DNA of 64,000 nucleotides, taken from positions 71,052,001 to 71,116,000 of the forward strand of contig NC_083279.1 in NCBI RefSeq assembly GCF_963506605.1. Reading direction: 5' to 3'. Under the pieces are notes generated by a model, which was given only the letters and a program-made list of their open reading frames with translations, was not told the DNA's origin and searched no databases. How positions within the stretch are numbered: the stretch's first letter is position 1; each line of letters starts with the position of its first letter. Below, one piece after another: positions 48,025 through 61,165 of the stretch. The stretch comes from Zootoca vivipara (Eukaryota). The position numbers and the translations under genes were made by a program.

Positions 48025-50003
48025 GTTTAACCCTTTTCCCCACCACCATTTTCACTATAGAAATTGCTCCTCACTTCTAAATTGATGTTAGCCCATGTGG
48101 GGGCTCTCCCATTCCTCAACTAGAACTAATAGCAGCTTTGCGATAATTGATTTTAGTTGGGAAAAAACAGTGGGGAATGGCGTTAAATGCCTCCAATAGC
48201 ACCAGTTGATTTTATACCTTTAAAAAATAAGAAAATGTCTCCTACATCATATATAGTTTGGGCCTTTGTTCCACAACAGGAAAGAATGCAACAACATTTG
48301 CTATTCATAGAAGGATGGGGAATCTGTGCCCCCTCCAGATTGTGCTGGACTCCAAATCCTATCAAGCAGCAAGTATGGTCAGTGTTCAGAGATGATGGAA
48401 TCTGAAGTTAAGTTCCTGCACCCAGGCTGCAAACTTTACTCATTGCACCACACTGGCTGAGCCATGATTTCAGTGTTTTTGAACTAATTCCTTTCTAGCA
48501 TTTCCCCTCATACAGTGTCAGTTTTGTTATACAGAAATAAGAATACAACGCATTTTCTTTGCCTCTTAGTAGCAGTCCAAAGGTCTTGCGGATCAGTGAT
48601 TTTTAAAGATGTTGGAATAAAAGGGAGCTGCAACCAAGTGTGCTTTTAACACATTAGATATGCATTGTTTTGCATTTCATTCAGAAAATACAAATAACAG
48701 ATCCTGAAAAAGTGTTAAGCACCTTGCAGAAAGATTTACCACCCGCTTATGAATTTCAGTGTTAATCCACCTCCAAAGTCATGGAAGGAAGACCTGTCCA
48801 TAAATAGTTAGCAAAGTACATGACTGTGCATTTGGAGACATACCTTACATAACCATTTCTACTCATCTTAAATTATTCTCTAATATGCGGTGTACAGTAC
48901 GTTCTTTTAAATGTTTTCCCCACATACAATGAAGTCAATAATTGTTTGAAGCACAAACATCTAGCTGATACGCAGAAAATCACAGAACTCTACAATTCTA
49001 TGATTTCCTACTTATATTTGCGAACTACCCTTTTATTAGGCAAGTTTGGAACTCATCTGAGATAATGTAGAACCAATTGCGGTGTCTACTTAGATCAGTT
49101 ATACTGACAAATGTTGTGAATGTTCATTTATCAGCAGCAACAGCTTTTGTGAAGAATCAGAACAGTGGCTCCTGTGGCTGTAGGGGAGCTCCTGAGGTCT
49201 TGCCCAGGTGCCCCCTCTGAGCTGTCTTCTTGGTCATGAGGGTGCTTACCTTTTCTCTCCTGAAGGAGGAAGTTGAAAGAGCAACGCTATTATTCCCCAC
49301 TTCTCTTTCAGCTCTATGCCCTTTCCAAGGCTGAAATTAATTCTGCTGGATCCAACTTCTATTCAGGTCCCATAGTAAGGGAAATACGTGCACTATCTTT
49401 CTGTCTCTCATGGAGGTGGGATGTGATCCGCAGAGAAGAAATGAAAAGTGGGTGGTGTTGATAGCACGGTCTCAAAAATCCAAATGTGCTTACAGGCCTA
49501 CAAAAGTTGGTGACCCCTGAATTAGAACAAGACCAACTAACCTCACCTGAAGGAATGGCTCCTCAGAATCCTTTGGTAAACAAAGCTCATGTGTCTGCTG
49601 ACAGCTCACTGATCAGAGACTCCTGAGTCCTGACCCCACTCCTCATTCCTGCTCTTACTATCTGGTTGAAGCATGCTATTCTGAGCATGGAAGAGGGAAG
49701 GTGGGAAGTGCAGAAGAAGGCAAAGGCAATGATTGTAATACACATTAAGGTATCTATTCACAGTGATAATGGAAAATACAATTGCTTGTTTATCTTATGC
49801 ATTCACAGTACTTAAATAGGTACGAATGTCTTTTAATTGAATTTTCAAAGCTATTCCAATCCACAGCTTAAAGTGCTTTGGATACGCACACCCCTAATCA
49901 CTCTAAAAGAGTTTTTTTGTTCTGGTTTCCCCTTTTAAAACATCTGGTATCAGCAAGCTTAAAGGTTGTGGGGCTTTCAGTATGATAGTCTTCTGTTCAG
50001 CCC

Positions 50004-50150
50004 CTAAAACACATCACAACCAAAGAGTTCGATCCGAAGTACAATACTCTGATTCCATGTTTTTGGAACGACACGAAGAAATCGGGAAAATATCGGTGGC
50101 CTGAAGTAGTTCTTGACTAAGCCACCACTGTTAATGTTGCCTGTGAACAC
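50004..50150 (-). CDS. F5: F5 exon 25 coding
   Basis: ttcag|VFTGNINS...ELFGCDVF*. Confidence 0.97.
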   Translation of the reverse strand: MFTGNINSGGLVKNYFRPPIFSRFLRVVPKTWNQSIVLRIELFGCDVF

Positions 50151-53100
50151 CTGAAAACAAGCATAACAAAATGAGTGGACAAAAGTGCAGAATGAATGCA
50201 CAATGAGTAGACAAAAGGTTGGACTAACTCATATTCCCACAATGGCACATAATATCTAGGTTCATATAAACCTGTGCAGTCCCTTATGTGTCAGGCCATT
50301 GGGCCATCCTTTGAGTCCACAACAAACACTGTACCAATTATGATTCTCTATGTTCTCAGGCAGAGATCTTCCCAAGCTCCAGTCCCCACAGTGGGGTGGG
50401 GGGATCCGCTACACATTACAATTTGGACCCAAGGCCTCTAGCTTTTGATCTTTACAATAAAACCACTGTTCAGAGATGTAGCTCTAGTATTCTATTCCAT
50501 GTTACACAAGCCATATCTAATTATCACTGGTCCCTATATTGCTTGTAAGAACTCTAAATCCATAGTGAAGCAAAATGATTTGGCAGTATAGAGTTACTGA
50601 GTCAAACCTGGCAAATCAGGACTGTTAAAGGACTTCAGTAGTAGGGGGGAGTGGCCAACATTTTTAATGCTTAGCATAAACGAAAATAATAAATAGGGAG
50701 GGGGAGGAAAAATTGGTACCTTTCCCATGGAAGTTGAATCATTCATGTAAGGCTTCCACACTGAACCATCATCGCTGTAGAGGATGGAAAATGTCTTCAC
50801 ATACATTTCACTGTACATTGATTTAGCTCCTTGTGTTATGATGCCTGTTATCTTCTTAGGTTGAAGGAGATCAATCTGCAGCCATTGTTGGTTGTTGTTG
50901 GACTGTAAAATTAATGAGAACAATAATAACACTGAGTTATGCAAGTTCACTGGTGAATGTGCAATACATGCAAATCTTTAACTGAGTTCTACAGAAGTGC
51001 ACAGGGTTACTGAACACTGGGCGAAGACTCTAAAATAGGCAAGTGTTTAGGATCCTTCCATGTATTCTTTATTTAATTACATGTATTAGTTGACCTACAA
51101 TCAAAATAATTTGTGAAGTGGAAGTAAATCAAAGAAAATAAAACATAGCTGTTAAAAGAATTTAAAGCTAAATAACCAACACTTCATTCAAGCACAATTC
51201 CATATATGTCTGCTCAGAAGTAAGTCCTATTAAGCTCAGTATTCCAGGGTTAAATGTGTATGCTAATCAAGGATATCATCTGCAGGCATTACAGCTGCTG
51301 ATCCTGTGTACGCTGGAGTAGATCCAATGACTTCAAGCTACAGGTATTATTTTTTTAACGGAGTTCTTTCACTAGTGCCAGCGCTAACTTCTTTCCACTT
51401 TTTTTGGTTGTTTTCTTTATATGCTATTTTAATATGATGGTTAGCTTGTATGCCACCCTGATTATTTCATTTTTACTCTACTTTTACATTATTAAAAAAT
51501 AAACAACTGCAGAAGCTTCGGTTTTGCAGCGTTCATTGTTACCTTTGCTTGCCAGGCATTCATCTTCCCTTTGAGATTGAGGCGGGCAAGAGATGGCTCC
51601 CATGAACCCAACCAAGTCTTCTTATAAGAAGAGGCTGTAATTTGCACATTCTTGATAGCCACACTTTCCATTCCCAATGGCATAAAGCAATCTATCATAA
51701 AAAATATGGACACATCCTGGTTAGATCTCCTAAGCAACAGTATGGTTTACAGCAAAGATGTACACAAAGAAAGGCCTCAGCTGCAGGGTCCAGGTCTTAC
51801 CTTCTGTATCACAACCCAGGAGTTCCATACGAAGAGTCGGCCTGTTATAGAACTTGGTTGGATACACCCTAATATACCTAGCAACAACAGGAGGATCAAT
51901 GAGGTTTTCTTTTATGCCATGGGCATCTGAATTGCCTTCAAAAACCTAATGGAAACAAAAGAGCTCTGTAAGTAACTCTGCGGTATTTGTTAATAGATGC
52001 ACTTCCAGTGAAGTATCTCATGTATATTTTCTTACATGGATTCTGCCCATTTCTATACAATTGCTCGGGCTAAAAAAGATGGACTATAATAGCCCTGAAC
52101 CAGTTTTTATTCCAATTAACCATGCATAATAAATGGTGGCTCTCTAGGTGGGGATGCGTTTCAGAAGATGCACCCAGCCAGTTCAGTGGGGATTGGATGC
52201 ATAGCTGCCAAGTTTTCGCTTTTCTCGCGAGGAAGCCTATTCAGCATAAGGGAAAATCCCTGTAAAAAAGGGATAACTTGGCAGCTATGATTGGATGAGA
52301 ATTGCAATATGAATGGCGATACACATGTTAATGGACATTTATATCCTCATTGGCTACATGTGAAAAAAGTTACTTTCATGTGGTCATATATGTTTAGTAC
52401 GAGCATATAGTATTCATATAATTTTAGCATTTATATTCTCATATTTATCTATTATTACGTTTACATTCCACCTTTCCTTCCAGGAGCTCAAGGTGGCATA
52501 CCTGGTTCTCTGTCTCACTGTGATTTTTAAATTTTTATTTATTTCTATACTGCTACGTTATTTTTAAAAAATCAATGTGGTTTACAGTATATGCAATAAG
52601 ACATGTAAAAATTTAAAATCAGAGACCATCAACTAGCTTTTTCTTAATTACCTGCATAAGACTAGCAGCACAGAAAAGTTTTCAACAGGCATTTCAAAAG
52701 GTTGAAACTAAAGGTGCCTGCTGAATCCCTATTGGTAGAGCATTCCACAGGACTAGGCTGACCATACTAAAGGATCTATTTCAGGCATCCCCAGACTTCG
52801 GCACTCCAGATGTTTTGGACTACAATTCCCATCTTCCCTAACCACTGGTCCTGATAGCTAGGGATCATGGGAGTTGTAGGCCCAAACATCTGGAGGGCCG
52901 CAGTTTGGGGATGCCTGCTATTTCATGTTGATGTCAAATGAGCCTTGCCATCTCAAGTGATGCTCCTGAAGATGATCTCAGTGATCAAGCTGGGATATTA
53001 GGGTTTAGGCAATCCCTATGGTACTCTAGACCTAAATTAAAGCAAGGACCTTGAAGCTGACTCCGTAGTAGATGCACAGCCAGTGCAGATATTTTAACAA

Positions 53101-56100
53101 CAGTGTTGCATAATATATTATTATTATCATTATTACCACCCATCTTCCAACACACATAAAAATAATAATACATTAATAGTATTATAGTAACAATCAGATC
53201 CTTTAAAAAATTCACAATAACTTTAAAATAAACAATTTTCATAAAATAAAGCAATATTCAACAATCCTTTAGAATCCAATAGTAAACAGTAAAATTAAAC
53301 ATCAGCAAATAATAATTTAACAGTCTGCACTTATCAATTACAATAAAGAATTACTATTCTATAATCAGATTAGTACTGTAGCAAAGCAGGTCTCTTATAA
53401 AGGCTCCCGGGACTGGAGGATGGGGCAAGGCAGGTGGAAAAGCCATTCCCTGCAGAACGTGTATTATCCCTTGAGCAAAAACTTCAATGCCTGCTGCCTA
53501 TTTTTTTTCAAGTGGAAAACAGGGACAAGTACAGTAAAGATACACACCTTCTGTGCCCCTAAGTGATTCCCTTTAAAAGCAACCCATTTTCTTCCATCTT
53601 TGCTGTAGGCAATGACGTACTCCATTGTATACAAGGAACGCATTAACCGCTTGGCTCCTTGGGTCTGAATGCCTGTGATTAGAACCTGGTTTTCTAGGTC
53701 CACCTATACAGAAGCAAAACAGTAGATCCATATAAGTGCAGTTTCATTGGAAAGGTATCCTCTTTGTGAGGAAGACAAGTGTGTTTTTGCCACATGCACA
53801 CATAAAACTCCATGGTATATGACTAGTTCTATGTGTATGCTGTGACTCAGCCAGTTTATTTTTATTTTTCAATGTTCATTTTTTAATATAATATGCAGCT
53901 TTATTGTCTGTCTGTCTGTCTGTCTTTCTGTCTGTCTGTCTTTCTGTCATGTTATATTAGTGTTGAGAAAATATTTAAATCAGCCATTTCAAAAATTGTT
54001 CTTGGGCTCCATGTACTCCATGTAACCAGCTGGCAACTGCCAGGCTTATTGATTCCATACAAGTGACGGTAAGATAAAATGACTCCTTTCTCTTTCCCCA
54101 TACAATTCCCTCTGAAAATGTAAGACCCCTCTAGATGTCCTTTTCATTATGTGTTCATGATGATTTGCACTCATCAGGGCCACTGGGAGTGGGTTTGGGC
54201 CACAATGGAAAAATATTTTCAGGCCCCACAGCAAGGACAGACCAGCTAAAAATCTCTACACAGAATATATAATAAATGTGTGGTCTCATTTTTATATTAA
54301 TAATAAGTATGATAATATTCATAGCTGTTGAGAATATTAAGATCCCAATCACTAATAATAATACAAGCAGTCACATAATCGTTGCAGAACTAATCATACA
54401 CTGTAAACATTAAACTTGAATGTGTAACACAATGCAATCTGTATCACAAAACAACTTTGTTGTATTCACACAGTGTTCACTTATGAAAGCATATTAATGT
54501 GACTGTGCATAATAAGATGAGAGATCGCTGTCATACTGTCAAAGTGCAGTAGCGAATGTTTGTATTGAGTCGGAAATGCTCAGTTTGCGGCACATGTTCT
54601 CAAGCGATTTTATAATGTATGTCAAAAACAACTGATAGATAATGATGATGCTGAGAAAGACAAAAATATATGCAAGATAGTTAGGATCTGGGGCCCCTTT
54701 CATACTGTGAGTTCTGGTATAATGAGAGAAAATTTCACCACATTCTCCACACCATGCATTATCTTATAGACCTCTGTTATGCCCCACCCCTCGCTCCACT
54801 TTTTATTTAACCTGAAAAGGCCCAATTGTTGTCACCTCTTCTCATAGGGGAGTTGTTCCAGCTCCTTAATCATATTGCATGCTCTATTCTGAACATTTCC
54901 CAACATTTTCCATTTTTGAGGTGAACTTTACACAGTTACAAGAGAAGTTTAATAAATCGATCCTACTCTGTTTCAAGTACAACAATGTTCTTTGGCCTGC
55001 AACTTTATCCATCAGACTATTCCAGAAGTTCAAAGCTTAAGGACCTTCTGATGTCTAGTCTATTGGTTCTTTTACCCACACAGGCCATCATACCTTCAAC
55101 TCAGCATTTCCTTTTTAAGCTAAAAAAAGAAAAGCAAGCTATTTTAAATCAAGTTACTTCAAATCTATACTCTGTTTCTGTGATCAAATCATACCTGGAT
55201 CCAAGGATGTTCACTTTCATTCTTCCCAACGCTCCAAGCATTGTATTTTCCATCATTATTTAATCTTGCCAGTTTAGGCTCCCAGTATCCTGGGTAAGAC
55301 CCAATAGAAAATGTATTGCAAAAGGAAATTGAAAAGTTTAAATGATGCCAGTTTTCAGAACAATTGTTTTAAAAAAGCAGTTTAGTGGTTGTAAACTATA
55401 TTATTAACAATAAATAAAAGCTATTGAATCTCATTACAAACTACAATAGGCTACCACATTCTAACCCAACAGAACAGCCAAGGTCTTTACCATCCTTTTT
55501 TGCATGCTCCTTGCGTTTTTGATGGAAACACGTTTGAACTGACTGATTCATTCATGACAAGAATGGACATGATACTAAACATTATCAATAATACATTGGC
55601 AATCTCTAAACAAAATAGTGAGTGAGAATTTTAAAAAAAAAACAACACCTGCTCTTAGGAACAGTCTAGAACTTGCTAAAACAAACACATTCTAATGCAT
55701 TTCAAAAGAAAAATTTGCTGTTGTTAATTCATCACCAGCAGGGCAAGTCTTAGGTTGAGATGGCCTTTTCAGAACCAATTTATAGCCCAGGTCTTTGCTT
55801 GCTGAACCAAACACCATAACAAACTACACTGAATGGCTGAGAAACTGACCTGTCAAATTAGAGCAGCCAGAGGCAAGCATTATATATTTTCATTTTGCAA
55901 TATGTGGCAAATATTTATATAATATATTAATTGTGGACTATGATATGAAACTAACAAATATGGGAAAAAATGGGGCAATAATTATAATATATCATAAGAG
56001 TCTGTACAAATGCCAGGACAATTCACAATTGTTTGTACAGTATTTGGAAAAATTGTGTTGTTGTAGATGTAATATAGTAAATATTACAATATTGTAATAT

Positions 56101-59100
56101 TTATAAATATTGTAAATAAAAACATTTAAACAAACACATTATATTCAGTATGTTATATTGCATGCCTACTAGTTAGTATATTACCCTTTTGTGCTGTCAA
56201 TTTTGGTACCATGAATGATAATTTATGTCTACCACCATGGGGAAAAATGGAAGAGTGTTAATGTTGGGCCACTACAGAACGTGGGTGTTCATTAAAGCAG
56301 TAGTCTATTGTGTAGTGGTTCCATTGCTAGAGGCTAGAATTTAAAGTATATCACTTGCAAAGAGGCAAAACATATTCAACTTAACGACTTAAATTCCTTC
56401 ACTTTGAAATTTAACTTACCTATGTAGTTCGAAGCACTGATCTGTGAGTCTTTTATAATGCCACTTGCTAGACCCATGGGCAGCTTGCATCCTATTGAAA
56501 GGGACCAAACATGTTAACCCTCCCTAAATTTTGGTGTTAGGCAGAACAATCCTATACCCTAGGTTACACCTGGGGGTGAGATGGAGATGCACCATTGCAA
56601 CATCTTGTGTGCACTTAGTCTGGGATGGGAAGGAAAAAATACACAGCCAGACTTTTTTTTAAAAAAAGCATAAAAATGGCAGACATGATCCCTGTTGAAG
56701 TTCAAGCTACGTGCAGCTTTGCAAGTGAGCAATTAGTGATTTGACTACAGGCTAGGGAGACAGAGCACGGGAGAAATTTGCCTGGAGATAAGAGGTCCTT
56801 GTAACAGCTTGGTGATTGGCTGAGGTCTCTCATATAGGCAGCATGACCTATGACATTGTTTGGCTAGTTAGGAGTATTCTGGAGTGCTTGGAGAGTGATG
56901 AAGTTTGTGTCTGTATATAGTAACTTGTATATAGCTTGTGAGTTAACTGCCGTATTTACCATAATAAACTACAAAATCAAGTTACTAGTTGTCAGCTTTG
57001 TTCCTGATTGTTGTCCTGACTGAGCAGTCTAGATCGTTGCCTAGGAAAAGCTGCACTACTCTGCTAAGTTGTGCATCATTGAAGAAGTTCAGAGGTGAAG
57101 AGACTAGTTCTAGCAGCATGCAAAAGGACTTCAGAAAGTGATACACAGGCTTTGGAGTTTTAACAATCCCAGCATCCCTGGAAACTCTGCCAGTACCCAC
57201 CAATCAGGGCCTGTCCCAGTGACAATGGGTGGCATCCAACAAAGTTTTCGTCAGAATAGACTCACTGAAATTAATAGGCCTGAGTAAGCCATCTTGATTA
57301 ATTTCAGTGCATCTACTCTGAGCTGCACTAGTTGGACCAGTACTGTATTGGATACAAAACAATGCTCAATTTACTTGCAATAGCTTGAAGTCCCACTGCA
57401 CACACACTGCTTCCCAACCATGCAATGGCACTTATGTGCCTTGTTTTGTGAGGTTCAATATGGTTAAACTCTGTTACCTGTATCTATAACAGTAAAGGAG
57501 GCTTGCATTCCTGCTTCCTGATATTCACCGACTTCTGTTTTTAAAAGCCACGTGCCAGCTCCTGACGGTTTCATTTCAACAGTACCAAATGAACCTTAAA
57601 AGCAGAAAGAAAATACATGCACATTTTTGTTAAACATGTCTAAACTGCAAATGTGGTCAGAAGATGAGTAGAGCAGTATTATATTAAACCAAAGCCTACT
57701 CTGTTTTTTATGATTCTGCACTAACGGGAATTAGATCAGGTGCAAGGTTCCTGAACTTTCACAGACATCCAGTTGTTTTTGTTTTTTTTTTTGTTGTTGT
57801 TGCTCATGGTTAAATCATATTCAGCTTTAGACTGCCAGCTATGTATTCTCGTGCTATATTTTCACTGCATACGTTGGGATTTCTGATAAAAATCAATAAA
57901 GCAGAGCAGATCTGTAGACAATAACATTTTCTCTTTGCATACTAACTTGTATTCAACCCAGTTTGCAAAGAGAAATGCTTCGCCCGCTGTCAAGGTGATC
58001 GCAGGTGATTGACAGGTGGTTGGTGCCTGCTCACCTGTCAAAGTGGCCCATGGTGATGGGGAATATTAGGATCCAGACTACCAGGTGGATCCAGTTCGTC
58101 ACCCCTCTTCTTATATAACATAAAGGAGTTAGCCAGTGCATCTCAGAAGGCTAATGGAAGCAAAGTGGATTCTATTGCAATAATTTCTCAACCATTTACC
58201 ATGGAAATTAGGGGTTGTTTATATGCTGACATGGACTGGGTCATTTGCCATTCTTTTTTAAACAATCATATATTTTTATTCACATTGATATAACTACTTA
58301 AGAATTCTTCATTCCAACATCATAGAGAAGAGCATTTAATTTTCTGACAACAATATATGGATCCATCTGATTATATTTACCAGGAAGAAGAGGGTAGACA
58401 CCAAGCTGATGATCTTCCATTCCCTGTTCTGTGAATGTCTGACCATGGAAATTAACAACATGAATGTCTTTTGGCCCACCCATGTTTAGCAAATGCCAGT
58501 GGACCTTCTCATCCTTAAACATCCGCAACCCCTGAAGGTGGTATGAAACCCCATTAATAGCTGAAAGAAAAAGAACATGTGATCAGAGATTAAGAAACAG
58601 CACACATATCCTTCTGTGGTTGTTGTTGTTTTTAAACGTTTTGATGCATAACTGCAATTTCTATAACTACTTACGGTAGTTCTACTTACAGTCTATAACT
58701 ACTTAGTTCTACTTGCAATTTCTATAACTTCCTAGTAACTACTTGCAGTCCCATGGACTGCAAGAAGATAAAACCTATCCATTCTTAAGGAAATCAGCCC
58801 CGAGTGCTCACTGGAAGGACAGATCCTAAAGCTGAGGCTCCAATACTTTGGCCACCTCGTGAGAAGAGAAGACTCCCTGGAAAAGACTCTGATGTTGGGA
58901 AAGATTGAGGGCACTAGGAGAAGGGGACGACAGAGGACGAGATGGCTGGACAGTGTTCTCGAAGCTACGAACATGAGTTTGACCAAGCTGTGGGAGGCAG
59001 TGGAAGAAAGGAGTGCCTGGCGTGCTCTGGTCCATGGGGTCATGAAGAGTCGGACATGACTAAACAACTAAACAACAACAACTTAGTTCTTCAAAGCCTT

Positions 59101-61116
59101 GACATAGAAGAGTATTTCAGCTCCGTGGTTTAATTAAGATAGTATCATCATAGCATGCAGTAGTAACCTGGAAATCTAATAGACTTGTGGCCACATTGGA
59201 TAATTTGTTTTTTGCTGTCACCAGGGGCGGCATGTCCTGTTTCAGTTCTTTCTCTGAAGCTGCAGAAGCCTCTAATCCAAATAGTCCCCACCACCACCAC
59301 TTGAAGTTGCTAATAGGAAATGAAAATTTACAGGCACAACCATCCAAACTGGGACATGGCAACTTGCTGGTTTTACAAGACAACAATTATGTTGGAAGTT
59401 CTAATCACAGAATTACAACACATAGTTGGTGCCTATTTTCTCATTGGGGGCATCACCTTCAAAGAATGCATTCAGGAACTATGCTCCTGACCACCTGCTA
59501 TTTTCAAGGGCTTTAGCAAAAGTTAGCTTTACAAATGTCAGGTTAGATGTGGAAAATAAAAATGGATGTAATCCAGTCAGCACTAAATACCTCAAGCCCT
59601 TCCCGTTTCAATGGAAAGGAGTTAAATATAAGCTCAAATCCAAGTAAGTTAAAACTTTTTAACTTTTGCTCATTAGTGCCCACTGATGGGATAAACAATG
59701 GCCTTGAGGAATATCTCTGCTTTTCTACCTAGTTAAACTTTATTTAAATAGAAAAATTCAATTTGAAAGGGAGAGTAAGGATGCAGTGTTAAGTTTGAAG
59801 AATAAAGAGAAAACTGACTTGCGTATTATGATGGAGGTTAATGATATTTTTCTGTTAACAAAATATTAACAGAATACATTAACATGTATCAAGAGGTGGC
59901 CTTGGAATGAAACAGGAAAATATTTGAAGCAAAAATAAGATCAGATGAGTTTGATATTAGTTCAATGGAATACCTGTAGTCAATAGCAGGACTGGTTGTG
60001 CTAAAACAATTTGAGACCTCTGATTGTAAATCTACTCTATTCGAACTCTTATCAGGAATATGGGTGACAACACAGAGAGAAAAATCTCATGCAAGTGTTT
60101 TGTGTCTGCAAAATGTTAACATTCAGAAAACATCCCTATCATTTTTCTTCAATATAGTCATAGTTATTATTCGTCATCACTAGGGATCTTAAAATAGACA
60201 AAGGAAAACATCTATACCAGGAAATTTATGGTGCCTTTTTGCTCCGGAAATTCTCTCAACATGAGTCTTTTTTTTATATTTATTGAAGTACCAGCTTTTC
60301 TCCTCATCAAAGACCATAAAAAGCAGGACAAATTCTCTCATGTCCTTTGGCTTGCTATACTTGTCAAGCATTCCTTTTTGACAGACCAAGACTGGTCCAA
60401 TCAAGCCAGAGTGAATATCTTTTTCCTACAAAACAATGACAGGAAAGAGGTTCCAAAATTAGTTTCTCAGGTAAATGAATTGCTGCTCTTGTGGTTTATT
60501 TGAAAGCATCAGTTTACTCCATTCTGATGCAGATATATTAATATGTAATAAATTTAAACTGTTTACATTCTGAATTTTAAATTGCTGTAACCTGCCCTGG
60601 GACCAGCTTGTGAAAGGCAGATAATAAATTAAATCGTTATTAGTAATTCATGAATGTTATAACACCGCCATTTCCACACACACCCATTTAATACACAGGG
60701 AGTCTCAAATCCAAAATATATCTGAAAAGCAAAAGGCATACAAATTTGGAAGCCAAATTTGCCAACATGTTCTTCATTACTGTTGAAAGAATTCATTTCC
60801 CTTTTCACTCAGAGGATTCCACAGAAGTATTACTGCCTTAAAAAAAAGTAAAAAACTTTCTGTATTAGATTGCCTTACCGGGTTTACAGCAGAGTAGTAG
60901 GCCCAGGATCTACATGTTCTCTGATTTTCTGGAGGTCCTGACCGTTGGGTCGCATGCCAGACGTAAGTATAGGTGCCATTTGGCAGGATTGCATCATCCT
61001 CTTTAAACCATTTTGGAGACTGGTCATCATAGCTTCTACCCTCAGAAGACTTCTCATAATAAAGCCCATGGGCATGGAGAGAATATGGCCTGGAGGCCAG
61101 ATTTTTAAAGTGAATC

Positions 61117-61165
<49 letters not shown>

